Of a stretch of DNA of 64,000 bases, positions 1 through 10,289 are shown one piece after another; the first letter of the stretch is position 1; each line of letters starts with the position of its first letter. The notes beneath the pieces were generated by a model. That model ran no database searches. It saw only the letters and a program-made list of their open reading frames with translations, and was not told where the DNA came from. The DNA comes from a virus (lineage: Duplodnaviria > Caudoviricetes). Both the position numbers and the translations under genes were made by a program. Where the stretch lies: IMG/VR virus record IMGVR_UViG_2627853766_000003. One strand, 5' to 3'.

Positions 1-1185
1 ACGGAGCAAGTATTGACGCATGCCGTGCTTGGTGCTGTTCTCGCTGTGGCGAATGGTAGCAGTGCAGCAGTTGGCGCTAGTGCGGGTGCATCGGGTGAGT
101 TGGCAGCGCAAGTGTTGACTCGTGAGCTATATCCGAATGCGTATGATGCCAATGGTAATTTCCACCCCGAGCAGCTCAGTGCTGATCAGCTCAATAACGT
201 GATTGCCTTGTCGACTGCAGTGGGCGCACTAGTGGGAGGGGCAACAGGTGGCTCGTTGATGGATGCCAGCGTAGGTGGGAATATTGCGGCGAATGCGGCG
301 ACGAACAATCACTTACTGCATCAAACTCAATATGATTTGGCTAAAACATATGCAAGCTTAGTTGCTAAGAAACTCGGTATCTCCGTCGATGCGGCGGAAG
401 GTCGAATTGTGGCTGAAGAACTGCGTAACTCAGATGCACAGACTGCCCAGGCTGAAGGAGGTATTCACGACTACCAAGTGAGGTCAATTCTCGGATGTCA
501 ACTGTTGAACTGCAGTGGGTCAACAACCGATTTTAATTACCTGAATCATGGATTCAATTCGCAATACGTCGCGGCCAATCAGCAGGCATATACTCTTGGA
601 ATTTGGCAATCTACTACGGGGCAGACTTACGATCAACTTGTTACGAGTAATATCCAAAAAGACCCTGTAGGTGCCACGTTAGCTGGCGCTGGTATGCTTG
701 GACTGGGACTTGCAACGGCGGGAGGAATTCCTGCATTGGGCGGTATGGTGACAGGTGGGGTACTTGGTGGGACTGCAAATGCATCTATGCAAGCATTATT
801 TAATAAAGGTCAAGTTAATTTTCTCGACGTGGGTATGGGTACTTTGACCGGTGCGCTCACATTCGGAACGGGGTTAGTACCAGCCCTTCTAGTTAACACC
901 GGAGGGGCCTTAGCTGGGTCCGGAATTAAAGGAGAAAATCCAAATCTCAGCATGGGTGGGGCGGCATTAGGGACAACCATCGGTTACGGCTTAGGCACTC
1001 TAGCAGAAAAGGGTTTGAATACTGTATTAAATCCTTGGTATCGTCAACAATGGCAAGATTTAGGGTATGGAGTATCTACTGCCATTCCGAAAAATTCTAT
1101 TCCATCAGTATCGGGAAGTGCTGTAGGTGCAGTACTACAGGAGCTAACAGGTAATACAACAAATACTGTTGTAAACAAAAAATAA
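1..1185 (+). CDS. C-terminal part of a CdiA/filamentous-hemagglutinin-like polymorphic toxin (5'-truncated by the window edge)
   Basis: Ala/Gly-rich pre-toxin-like region ending in NIAANAATNN (VENN-like junction), followed by ~290 aa of Gly-rich hydrophobic C-terminal domain; small low-GC ORF follows. Confidence 0.7.
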   Translation, partial: TEQVLTHAVLGAVLAVANGSSAAVGASAGASGELAAQVLTRELYPNAYDANGNFHPEQLSADQLNNVIALSTAVGALVGGATGGSLMDASVGGNIAANAATNNHLLHQTQYDLAKTYASLVAKKLGISVDAAEGRIVAEELRNSDAQTAQAEGGIHDYQVRSILGCQLLNCSGSTTDFNYLNHGFNSQYVAANQQAYTLGIWQSTTGQTYDQLVTSNIQKDPVGATLAGAGMLGLGLATAGGIPALGGMVTGGVLGGTANASMQALFNKGQVNFLDVGMGTLTGALTFGTGLVPALLVNTGGALAGSGIKGENPNLSMGGAALGTTIGYGLGTLAEKGLNTVLNPWYRQQWQDLGYGVSTAIPKNSIPSVSGSAVGAVLQELTGNTTNTVVNKK

Positions 1186-1202
1186 AGTGGTGGAAATAAA
1201 TA

Positions 1203-1451
1203 ATGTCGCAATTAAAACGAAATATTGGATCTTTTTTATATATATTTTTGCTATTTTTCACAGTGTATTTTTTAGCGTTTGTATTTATTTTATTGTTGTA
1301 CATACCATTTCTTCGTTGGATAAAAACTGATGCTGTGTATGCGTTACCGGGCATATCTGAGCTATATCTATACGGAAAGGCTGTAGGTGTGCTGACATTA
1401 ATATCTTCTATCGGATTGTGGTTCTATCAAAAAATATTATCGCGTCGTTAA
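1203..1451 (+). CDS. Small membrane protein, candidate immunity protein
   Basis: Directly after the toxin gene, very AT-rich, two hydrophobic segments. Confidence 0.55.
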   Translation: MSQLKRNIGSFLYIFLLFFTVYFLAFVFILLLYIPFLRWIKTDAVYALPGISELYLYGKAVGVLTLISSIGLWFYQKILSRR

Positions 1452-1532
1452 TGAATTAATTTCTTCATCAAGAGGAAAGTGACGTGGGAACGCTAAGGCT
1501 ATGTAGGTGTGTCAATTATTCAAATAATTTCA

Positions 1533-1845
1533 AATGCTGCTCTATGCATTTTGGCTTTGCCGATATGTCGAGGGATGGGTTTTACGTTTGGATTTTGGTG
1601 CCATATATTTTATATACATCGGATTATTGTTCACATTTGCAGAGGCTGTTTTCCTCTATTCTTTGCTGGTCATTCAACCATAATTTATAACCAAAAATAT
1701 AGAGGGAAAAATGGTTGTCACAGATGGTCAAAATGAAGGTATATGGGGAAGAATAAGTCCGCTAGCGCGAAAAATTTATTGGATATATGCAGCGTTAGTT
1801 TTAGGAATTATTGGCAGCGCATTGCTATTTAAATTTTTTCACTAA
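1533..1845 (+). pseudogene. Probable degenerate second membrane/immunity-like gene
   Basis: One frame reads MLLYAFWLCRYVEGWVLRLDFGAIYFIYIGLLF...LVIQP*FITKN...IYWIYAALVLGIIGSALLFKFFH* with one internal stop; AT-rich. Confidence 0.3.
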
Positions 1846-1966
1846 TTATGGTTTCGACGGATTTTTCTGCAAAATTTAGCTTTTATTTGTACCCTCACTT
1901 TTACTGCAAGACAGTTGTTTTTTTCAATCCTCTGCGCTCATCAATCAACAGGTAAAGGAATCAAAC

Positions 1967-2281
1967 GTGGTAACGACCAAGGCTACTGTAGACACATCAA
2001 CCGGCGACAAGCTCTCTGAACAGATCACGTATGATCCAAATCATCTGCTTGACGCTTTGATTGAAAAATTAAAACTGAAAAACGATGCCGCGCTATCACG
2101 CGCGCTCGAAGTCGCGCCGCCGGTCATAAGCAAAATCCGGCATCATCGTTTGCCGGTTGGTGCGTCGTTGCTGATTCGCATGTACGAAGTCACAGACCTA
2201 ACTATCAGTGAGCTACGCGAATTGATGGGCGACCGTCGCAGGAAATTCCGCATCAGCGACAAGCAGTTCAAGCCTCGCTGA
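1967..2281 (+). CDS. Conserved HTH-like DNA-binding protein (family seen in Oxalobacteraceae)
   Basis: YDPNHLLDALIEKLKLKNDAALSRALEVAPPVISKIRH..LPVGASLLIRM motif; RBS-like AAGGA upstream. Confidence 0.75.
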   Translation: MVTTKATVDTSTGDKLSEQITYDPNHLLDALIEKLKLKNDAALSRALEVAPPVISKIRHHRLPVGASLLIRMYEVTDLTISELRELMGDRRRKFRISDKQFKPR

Positions 2282-2710
2282 AAATTGAACATTCAGAATA
2301 ATGAAAGCACCTGATCCAACCGGTCTGCGTGGCGTCAATTCCTTTTCCTATAATTCGCTTCAGAGGTCTACGAAAGAAAATGAAAACCGTAGCTCTTCGC
2401 CGAGGCGAAATATCCGCATTGCTGTTGTTGCGATACTGCTGTCCGCGCTCTTTACCTATGGTTTTTTGCGTGTCATTCTGAGTTATCCAATCCAGCATCG
2501 CGTCGTGATTAGCAAGTAACCAATCTACCGCGCTGATACTAAATCCGTAAACTATTTATCGTCTTGCGACCTGTCTAAAGTGGATCACTAAGATACAGGT
2601 ATCAAAGAAGGAAGCGACGCCTCGTGTAAATCGCGGGCTTTCGTATTCACAACCAGACTTCCGTATATAAGAATTTGCGCAACAGGTGTTTTACTAATTT
2701 CTAAGGGTAA

Positions 2711-3268
2711 GTGAATATGTCATATGGAATTGAGTTTGGTCAAGCAATGCAGAGAACGTCAGCGTGGAGTCTGAAGCATGAGAATATTCCGCGCACCGAT
2801 AAGCGTTATCTAACGCCAGAAATGATGTGTAAAGTGACGGCATGTTTGCAAGAATGTATGGGCCATTTTGATGCGGAAAAAATAGCTGTTCAGTGTTTCG
2901 CATTCAGTGGGTTCGTACAGGATGCGCTTGAAGAGGTGCTGGATGTGCCGCTGACCTATACGCTCGGTTTCGTGAAGTTGGGAAATAAGCCCATTTTTTA
3001 TACATCGATGGAGGGATTGAAAGAAATGCTGGATGCTGGCCGACCAGCAACGGCAACATTGAACCTGCATGCGTGGCTGACGTTGCCGAGCGACGAAATC
3101 ATCGACGTGACGTTCGGAACAACGCTTGGCGTACTCAGAAATGAGCCGGAAATGATAGGTCGAATCGCCACCATTCACCCTGACGATATGGTTGGTGAGC
3201 ATTCTTATCATCCTCAGTTGTTGGGCGATGATTTTTTACGGCGTATTGGTGTTCTGGTTGAGCTTTAG
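2711..3268 (+). CDS. Hypothetical protein, possible transglutaminase/papain-like fold
   Basis: 185-aa ORF with QC...LHAWL...IIDVT arrangement resembling a Cys-His-Asp triad. Confidence 0.55.
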   Translation: MNMSYGIEFGQAMQRTSAWSLKHENIPRTDKRYLTPEMMCKVTACLQECMGHFDAEKIAVQCFAFSGFVQDALEEVLDVPLTYTLGFVKLGNKPIFYTSMEGLKEMLDAGRPATATLNLHAWLTLPSDEIIDVTFGTTLGVLRNEPEMIGRIATIHPDDMVGEHSYHPQLLGDDFLRRIGVLVEL

Positions 3269-3468
3269 TATCCGCAACTTTGGCATTTCACAGGGCTTGT
3301 GCATTGCTGTTTTGGTTGTATAGTGTGAGCACTGCGGCACATTGAGTTTTCAATTTTCCGCATAATTTAGGCGAAAGCACGGCACTAGCTTACGTGAAGC
3401 TGCATCCTCGGATGGACCTGCTTGCCTGAAATTCGTTCACTGCGCACAATAGCCGCAGGAGCGACACC

Positions 3469-3495
3469 AAAGCCACCCTTGAGGTGGTTTTTTTT
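3469..3495 (+). terminator. Rho-independent terminator
   Basis: AAAGCCACC-CTTGA-GGTGGTTT followed by a T run. Confidence 0.75.
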
Positions 3496-3786
3496 GTGTG
3501 CGCAGAATTTTCGGGACGTAAGACTGAAAGACAAAATCCCTATACCCACCTTCGGGTATATAGGAGCGGGACGCACAAGAGAATGAGTTGCGCAGTGTTT
3601 GCTCTGCGAAATGAGCAAAGCACTTAAGCGCCTGACGACGAAAAAAGAGGGGGAGTTTAATTCGTACTCCCTGGTGGCACGTGGGTTATGATACCGAGGA
3701 TCTCCAGAAATTTGGGACCCTTATTGCTGGTGTCCGCCGTCGATAACCGATGTTTCGAGCATAGCTGGCGCTGTTCAACTCAAGCC

Positions 3787-6156
3787 TCAGAGATTTACGC
3801 CGATCCCACCAGACATGCCCCCAGTAGCGATGTGAGCAATGCGCCGGTCACTCAAGTCTTGACCCACAGTGTCATTGCTACCTGCCACCTGTACCACAAG
3901 CGGCTTTGATGATCCAAACCTTTGCACAGATTGCACTGTCGGCGCATCTGGAATAGCCGGAACCGCGCTTATCGAAGTCACGTTCGGCATGGTCGGAATA
4001 ATAGATGCCGACTGCACGGACGACGGTATCTGCGATGCAGGCGCGATATTGATGCCTCCAACAGCCGAAGACGCTACAGCCGTCGCGCCCCCGCCTGCCA
4101 GCGCAGCCAACTTGTCCTTGTCAGCGGCCTGAATCGTACTGACCTTGCCTACCTTAAACCCCTCCATTTTACCCATGCCGTCGAGCAGCATATTCATTTC
4201 ATCGCTCGACAGGTCTCCTATTTTCTTGCCGCGTAAATCTAATCCCTTTGCATCAGCTGTTTTGTAAATTCTGTCAGCATACGCCTTAACATCTGCCTTG
4301 CCGGAGTAGTCGGAAATCGCATACTTCGGCAGCATTTCCTCAATGGTTTTTTTCCCATGAGAAGACTTCAAAAGCTGTGCTTGAGCATCGCGACCAGATT
4401 CTGCTGAATCGAATACGGCATTGCCCCATTGGTCAAGGTCGACAATTCCAGTGCCATAACGTTTCTGAGCCGCCGCGAGCGCGGCCTCCTTCGTCCGCTT
4501 GGTCTTGACAGTCTTGTCTGCGCTACCGGCATATTCAAATTTCAAATTTCCGGGATTATTGTTCCGCCATGCAGCCGTGCCGCCATCACGCTGCTCAACA
4601 GAGCCATCCTGATGTTCAAAAATTCGAGTCATCCCAACCGCTTTAACCAGCCGCACAATGGGACTCGCCATTTTCTCAGCGCGCCCTTTCACGTAACCGC
4701 CAGCCGCACTAGCACCAGTCTTAACAGCGTCACCGACTACAGCAGCACCTTTCTTTACATCCTCGACTACCGGAGCGACGGCAGCCTTGGCTTTGTCAAT
4801 GATAGGTGCCACTACAGCTTTTGTCTTTTCAACAGTGACAGCGGCCACTTCTTTAACCTTAGCTACTGTCGCATTGACATCAATACCTAGTTTGCTTTTC
4901 AAGAAGGCCTTTGCCCCATTAATGACGGAATCCCAGGCTGCACCAACCGTCTTCGAGATATCGGATAGTTTGTCGGTTGCCGCCTTCCAGGAATCCTTGA
5001 TGAACGCAACGGATGTGTCCCAAGCACCAGTGATCTGCGCGCCAATCTTTTCCCAGTCGAGGGTAGAAAGCCATGCGCCGACCAGCTCACCAACCTTGTC
5101 ACCGACCATGCCACCAATGACAGTACCTATAGGCCCACCGAGCAATGTACCGATACCGCCGCCGATAAGTGCGCCAACGCCGGAGCCTACGCCTGTAAAG
5201 CGACCTTTGCGATTTTCCTCCGGTGTTTTATCTGGATCGTCAGGACCAAATGCGCTGGTCGCCGCAGAGATGCCGGCGAATGCCGCTCCGATAAGCGGGA
5301 TGCGACGGAATAATCCCTTCCCTAATCCGCCCATCAGACGACCGCCCCCCCTGAGCAGACCACCAAGCAGGCCGTCCCCACCTTTAAGCAGACCTCCGAG
5401 CGCGCCAAGACCAGGAATTTTAGTAAAAAGCCCACCGAGCATCGATAGGATACCGCCAGATTTTTCTCCAGCGCTATCCTTATGCTTATTCTCGCCTGCA
5501 CGCCTGGCTTCGGCTAAATGGTAGGCAGAGTCTTCCTGACGCAAACCCCGTAGCTCATTCCATAAGCGCTTGTACCAGACAACCTTTTTGTCGTCAGCGC
5601 CTTTGCCGAATAACTTCGCCCAGCCACGACCAAGCGGTGCAACAATGGAGTGAAGTTCTTTCGCGGCTGCGATAGCAGGGGCAACATCTGGAGCCTTTAC
5701 GACTGCCGCACCTACCACGCCATGTACCGCCCCCATCGCTTTTTTTAGTGGATTGCGAATATCGAGTTCTTCATCGTCTTCTTGTGGCTCAGACGCCACC
5801 TTCTTTTTATTTGGACTGTTCTCTTTTTTCGTCTTTTCTTCTGGCTTACTTACCTTGGCGTTGGCCGGCAGGAATCGCCCATTCGCGCCGCGCTTAGCGG
5901 GCGTGGCTGGCGTAACCCTCAACCTGGTCGCTCGTTCTGCGTTGACTGTAGCTGCTTTGGATTTTGGCGTGGCTATAACATTCTTAACTGCTACGTCATT
6001 TTTTTTCGCGGTTATTCTGGTCTGCACAGCCGCAGTAGACAACGATTCACGCAGGCTATGAACTTCGTTCCTGATCTCTGTCCAGAGTTTGAGCGCTCGT
6101 GCCCACTGCACCGGCTCTCCCTGGAGAAATCCCTTATCGTCGCTTTTCAATGCCAT
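3787..6156 (-). CDS. Tape-measure-like phage protein with possible C-terminal lytic/virion domain
   Basis: Gly-rich GGLLGG/GAxIGxxxG segments, periodic Trp repeats (WEKI..AWD..SWK..AWD), AWRNNNPGNLK motif. Confidence 0.6.
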   Translation of the reverse strand: MALKSDDKGFLQGEPVQWARALKLWTEIRNEVHSLRESLSTAAVQTRITAKKNDVAVKNVIATPKSKAATVNAERATRLRVTPATPAKRGANGRFLPANAKVSKPEEKTKKENSPNKKKVASEPQEDDEELDIRNPLKKAMGAVHGVVGAAVVKAPDVAPAIAAAKELHSIVAPLGRGWAKLFGKGADDKKVVWYKRLWNELRGLRQEDSAYHLAEARRAGENKHKDSAGEKSGGILSMLGGLFTKIPGLGALGGLLKGGDGLLGGLLRGGGRLMGGLGKGLFRRIPLIGAAFAGISAATSAFGPDDPDKTPEENRKGRFTGVGSGVGALIGGGIGTLLGGPIGTVIGGMVGDKVGELVGAWLSTLDWEKIGAQITGAWDTSVAFIKDSWKAATDKLSDISKTVGAAWDSVINGAKAFLKSKLGIDVNATVAKVKEVAAVTVEKTKAVVAPIIDKAKAAVAPVVEDVKKGAAVVGDAVKTGASAAGGYVKGRAEKMASPIVRLVKAVGMTRIFEHQDGSVEQRDGGTAAWRNNNPGNLKFEYAGSADKTVKTKRTKEAALAAAQKRYGTGIVDLDQWGNAVFDSAESGRDAQAQLLKSSHGKKTIEEMLPKYAISDYSGKADVKAYADRIYKTADAKGLDLRGKKIGDLSSDEMNMLLDGMGKMEGFKVGKVSTIQAADKDKLAALAGGGATAVASSAVGGINIAPASQIPSSVQSASIIPTMPNVTSISAVPAIPDAPTVQSVQRFGSSKPLVVQVAGSNDTVGQDLSDRRIAHIATGGMSGGIGVNL

Positions 6157-6184
6157 GTTATATCACCGGTTGAAAGATTTGTGG

Positions 6185-6925
6185 CTAGGCAGACGCCATC
6201 GTGACACCCTGTAGACTAGTCTCGTGCGCTGCTGCTCGCGCCAGCATAAGGTCGGCACGACGGTTCAGAAATTTTCTTGTCGTCATCAGCGTAGCTTGAA
6301 CATCATCGATTGCCCGCTGGAGGTTAGCGCCTCCCAGGATATCGTTCTGGAAATGCTTGTTTTGCCGGCACGACGTGTCGAACGCTTCAACCACGCGCTT
6401 CGCCTGAGCGAGCAAAGCGGTTAAATGTCCCTCCATTGGGGTCATATCGCTGGCATTTTTCAGGAGGATCGAGGCGAGGGACTGGCTTTGCTGCAAGATT
6501 TGCGCACGCACCGTGCGGATTATCGCCATCTGTTCGGCAATCTTCGGGTCACGCTCCGGCTCGTCGGACAAACCCATAAGGTAGTCGGAACTGACGCCGT
6601 ATGCCAGCGCGGCCCGGACAATTGCCTTCCTGGAAATTGGGCTGTAGCCGCTCTCCATTTTAGAAAGCGCTGATGAGTTTTGATAGCCCAGCAGTTTGGC
6701 TGCTGCTATTTGCTCCAGATTGTTCAATCTGCGGGCGTTAATGAGGCGTATGCGAAGTGTTTCATCGAGCGGTCGACCAACGATAAACTCTCGCGCCTTC
6801 TGTCCCGAAAAATCCGCGATGGCTTTTGAAGTCAGCCATCTGCGGCAAGATTCAGTGTCTTGAATTTCTTCAATATCGTGGGCGTCCTCGATATCTATCT
6901 CGGAATCGGCGTCAAGATTGTTCAT
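6185..6925 (-). CDS. XRE-family HTH protein
   Basis: RLINARRLNNLEQIAAAKLLGY..SALSKMESG...YGVSSDYLMGLSD. Confidence 0.8.
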   Translation of the reverse strand: MNNLDADSEIDIEDAHDIEEIQDTESCRRWLTSKAIADFSGQKAREFIVGRPLDETLRIRLINARRLNNLEQIAAAKLLGYQNSSALSKMESGYSPISRKAIVRAALAYGVSSDYLMGLSDEPERDPKIAEQMAIIRTVRAQILQQSQSLASILLKNASDMTPMEGHLTALLAQAKRVVEAFDTSCRQNKHFQNDILGGANLQRAIDDVQATLMTTRKFLNRRADLMLARAAAHETSLQGVTMASA

Positions 6926-6997
6926 TTATTTGGTCCTGTTGTGGAAATTAATTGTCGGTCAACCACCGCCAGGTGCTGCCGCTGGCGGCTCTGTGGC

Positions 6998-7789
6998 TTA
7001 GGTCGGCGTCATGAAGCGGCGCATATCGTCTTTGTCGTGCGCAGTCAGAGAGCAGAGGGTCATTGGGATGAGGATTTCCGTGTAGAAGCCGTTCGACTCT
7101 ATTGGAGAAGACAGCGGCTCTCCAATCGACTCAATGACCATGGGCGCATACGTGCGGCGCTTGTAGGTGAAGCCGATCATCTGCGGAGCCTTAGAAGGAA
7201 GTAGGGCCGTGACGTAATCGGAGATACCGCTCTTTTTTGACATCACCCTCGCTACAAGACTGTCCTTGCTCAACTGCTGCGGAAGCGCCCAAAACCACAA
7301 CTGCTGAAGCGGCGCTTCAACTTCTGATTGCGCATCGAAATGCGCTCGGAAAAGCATAGTTAGGGTGATTTTCAGGGGGGGCATTCCGCTGAAAATCTGA
7401 GTGGAGTTCATCTTCGTAATGCCAGTGCGGCCCTGAACATCCTGAAGCGTTTTCGTTACGACGCCTGGATCGGAGGGGGATTGCGAAGACGAAGCAGTCT
7501 TACCGCCGCTCGGGGCTGCACGAACATCATTCATAGCCCCGAGTAGCGCTCCCGATTGAAGCATCGCGACCAGTGCTGGAGCTTTTGTGTCAGGGCTACT
7601 ATTCTCAAATGGCGACTGCCAATTCAGCGTTGCGTCTAGATTCACCTCTGTCAGCGGTGCTTGCACTTCAATCATCTCTTGACCATCTCGAAGCCCATCT
7701 TTGTTCACTGGGTAGAAGCTGGCTATCAGTAATGGGTTCAAGCCCATCCAGTCGCTGCTCAAAATCGTGTTGTCGCTGGTGCTCTTCAT
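6998..7789 (-). CDS. Phage protein resembling tail-tube initiator/baseplate proteins (T4 gp48/gp54-like layout)
   Basis: QIFSGMPPLKITLTMLFRA...EVEAPLQQL..WALP...MVIESI..P...G..TEI.IPMTL pattern; lies upstream of the tape-measure-like gene. Confidence 0.45.
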   Translation of the reverse strand: MKSTSDNTILSSDWMGLNPLLIASFYPVNKDGLRDGQEMIEVQAPLTEVNLDATLNWQSPFENSSPDTKAPALVAMLQSGALLGAMNDVRAAPSGGKTASSSQSPSDPGVVTKTLQDVQGRTGITKMNSTQIFSGMPPLKITLTMLFRAHFDAQSEVEAPLQQLWFWALPQQLSKDSLVARVMSKKSGISDYVTALLPSKAPQMIGFTYKRRTYAPMVIESIGEPLSSPIESNGFYTEILIPMTLCSLTAHDKDDMRRFMTPT

Positions 7790-7809
7790 AAGTGCGGCTC
7801 CAGTTAGAA

Positions 7810-8529
7810 TTATTTCAGGCGCTTGTTTTGCTCAGTCAATTGAGATTGACGAACTAACAGCGTAGGCAATTCGACTCCCTGAAGTCTCTCCATCCGAAAC
7901 CGAGGAAAATCTTCTGTAAACGACTGGAGCAACCGCTGCTTTGTTTCGAGTCCCTTGATTAGAAAGCGCCACGATTCAATTTGCTCAAAAGTTGGCTCAA
8001 TCTTTATATCCAGCATTTGCTGTTTGCTCAGGCCCGCCGCTCGGTATTTTCCCTCGGCTTGATGCCGCGTTGTCTCGGCCGTCAAGATGCTATGGCGAAG
8101 CCGCTTAAGTTCTTTACCAATTTCAAATTGACTGTCTCCGGCTGCGAGTAGCGCGGGTGTTACCTGGTTGCGGCGCTGCTTTGTGTAAGCATCCCATTGC
8201 TTCAAATCTGTTTTTGCCTGAGCGAGTTCACGGGACACGGCAGTATTAAAGTTGCGCAGAGTCGTTTCAATCGGCGTCGCATCAGCTTGCTCCGCCTGTA
8301 CCGCGATTTGCAAAAAATGAACTCGACCAACTGTTTGAAAAAGCTCAGTGAAAGATTGTTCAAGCTGCGAGAGCGCTCGGCTGACGACAGGGTCTTTGCC
8401 ATTCGCGTTCGCTTCCGCCGTTTCCATGTCGAAAGTGAACTCTGGATCGGTTCCCGACTGTCCGGCGAGAATTGGCAAGAACACTGAAATAAATTCGGTT
8501 GTTGAGGGGAGTGCTTCAGATTGTTTCAT
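7810..8529 (-). CDS. Hypothetical coiled-coil protein
   Basis: 239-aa ORF with AGGAGG RBS; first gene of the leftward cluster. Confidence 0.65.
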   Translation of the reverse strand: MKQSEALPSTTEFISVFLPILAGQSGTDPEFTFDMETAEANANGKDPVVSRALSQLEQSFTELFQTVGRVHFLQIAVQAEQADATPIETTLRNFNTAVSRELAQAKTDLKQWDAYTKQRRNQVTPALLAAGDSQFEIGKELKRLRHSILTAETTRHQAEGKYRAAGLSKQQMLDIKIEPTFEQIESWRFLIKGLETKQRLLQSFTEDFPRFRMERLQGVELPTLLVRQSQLTEQNKRLK

Positions 8530-9396
8530 GGGACCTCCTGTGGTGATGAGAGCAAAGTCTGTCTCACCGATGAAGCTGGCTAGCTCTAGGTTTTACGGAA
8601 ATCGCTATTTTTAAGCTGGTTCGGCGTGAAGTCCAAGAAAACCAAAGCAAATGCGGCTGAACATCGGAAAATTCGCTAACCAGGTGAGTCCCGCCACGGG
8701 GCAACCTAGGATGCTGCGATAGGTAGCGTGCTGCCGGCCAAGCGACTTGATTCCGAGACAAATAGACCGGAAGCGCCCTGCATCACTGTTAAGGTGTTTT
8801 GCTGACGTCCTGCAAGTCTCTCGCGCACGCATAAGCATAAGAAAATTCAGGCCTACGCCGTAGCGTCCTGTCTCTAATTATGGAATTTCACGCAAGAAAT
8901 AACCCGTCAGAAGTTGATTCCTTCATCAGGCATTTACAACGAAGATTTAAGGGCACCGGTTGAATTTGATTCTACCGGCGTCTCTTTTGGCACCCGAGGG
9001 GCGAGAAAGGTGCTCTAGATGGGACAACGAGTGTGACTTCAAGTCTTGATGGCTTGACGTTGGACGATCCCGCCTCTACTTCCAATCCCATACAGAGCAC
9101 ACGCAACAAATATAGCCACTCCGCAAACCCGCGTCAATGAAGGGCGCTGTAGATGCGCATCGGCGGCTTGTTTGACACTAAGTTTTGCGCTTCGATTTCA
9201 CCATAAGTTTTGATAAGAGTTGCGATGCTTGCTCCTGTTTCAACTGTCGTGGGGCGTGCAACCGTTAGATGGCACTATGTTCGTGATTGTCCGAATATGG
9301 CTAAATATACCCATATGGAGCTATTTTATTAAAATATTGCACCATATGTTATTTTCCGTTAGCATCAATGGCATTGACACATTAATAGGAGAGCGC

Positions 9397-9636
9397 GTGA
9401 CGCCGGATATCTTTAAGGGAATGTTGGATGAACTAGGTTGGAAGTCTTCGGATTTTTGTCGCCAGGCTGGCGTTGGACGTAATACACCCAGCCGATGGTT
9501 AAATGGAGTTGTTCCTATACCCGCATGGGCCGGACGATTTCTTGAGCTAACGATTGAAATCAAACGGCTACATGAAAAGTACGTGGTTCCGCCAAAAATT
9601 TACGGCTTGGCTGAAACTGACACGGAAGAACTCTAG
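9397..9636 (+). CDS. Small HTH transcriptional regulator
   Basis: GTG start after AGGAGA; LGWKSSDFCRQAGVGRNTPSRWLNG..PIPAW. Confidence 0.7.
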   Translation: MTPDIFKGMLDELGWKSSDFCRQAGVGRNTPSRWLNGVVPIPAWAGRFLELTIEIKRLHEKYVVPPKIYGLAETDTEEL

Positions 9637-9696
9637 AAAATTCTAGCAATTCAGACCAAAAGTCTGCACGACACATAGCACATAAGGAGCAATAAA

Positions 9697-10248
9697 TTGA
9701 GTTCACCAAAGCTGACGAATGAAAACAAATCCAGTCTTGCCGCTGGAGCACAGGTCGCAAAACGTATGCTGGCCGGCATTGAAGACTTAGTGCTTCACGC
9801 CAAAAAAACTCACTCGGACTTTGACATCCAGGCTGTCGTCGACCTTATCGACCACAGCTTGAATTGTCAGGGCGATATGCGGCGTGGCCTTATATTCGGA
9901 CTGGCTGACTTCGTGGCGAGTTCAGTCGAGGGATGCGCCCCGGGAGCGAGCACTTGGGACCCGACTGAGCGGTTTTCTGCCATGCGCGACACTGGACCTG
10001 ATGTAGTTGGGGGGCAGTTTGCTCCGGGTACAACAATGAACGCAACGTCCCTCATCAACAAAAAGAAACTGCTGACAATGATTCCGCTGGCCGACCGCAC
10101 AATTTTTGACATGGAAAAACGCGGAGATTTCCCAACGCGCATCACCTTGAATAGTCGGAATGTGGCGTGGGATTTAGCCGAAGTGGAAGCTTGGATAGGT
10201 GCAAAAAAAACATCTAGCGAACGAGCGCGACGCCCATTTGCAGCGTAA
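9697..10248 (+). CDS. Protein with C-terminal AlpA-family domain
   Basis: LINKKKLLTMIPLADRTIFDMEKRGDFPTRITLNSRNVAWDLAEVEAWI. Confidence 0.8.
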   Translation: MSSPKLTNENKSSLAAGAQVAKRMLAGIEDLVLHAKKTHSDFDIQAVVDLIDHSLNCQGDMRRGLIFGLADFVASSVEGCAPGASTWDPTERFSAMRDTGPDVVGGQFAPGTTMNATSLINKKKLLTMIPLADRTIFDMEKRGDFPTRITLNSRNVAWDLAEVEAWIGAKKTSSERARRPFAA

Positions 10249-10289
10249 AACGGGGTCAGGCGGCTTTGGTACGGAATAAAGGTAAAACG

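Noticed and set aside
2301-2519. 72-aa ORF with one hydrophobic stretch
   Set aside because: No clear RBS or motif; cannot be distinguished from a chance ORF.
2500-3790. Left att copy of the satellite
   Set aside because: No match to TGGTGCCGAGAGCCGGAA was found by eye, so the boundary is left undefined.
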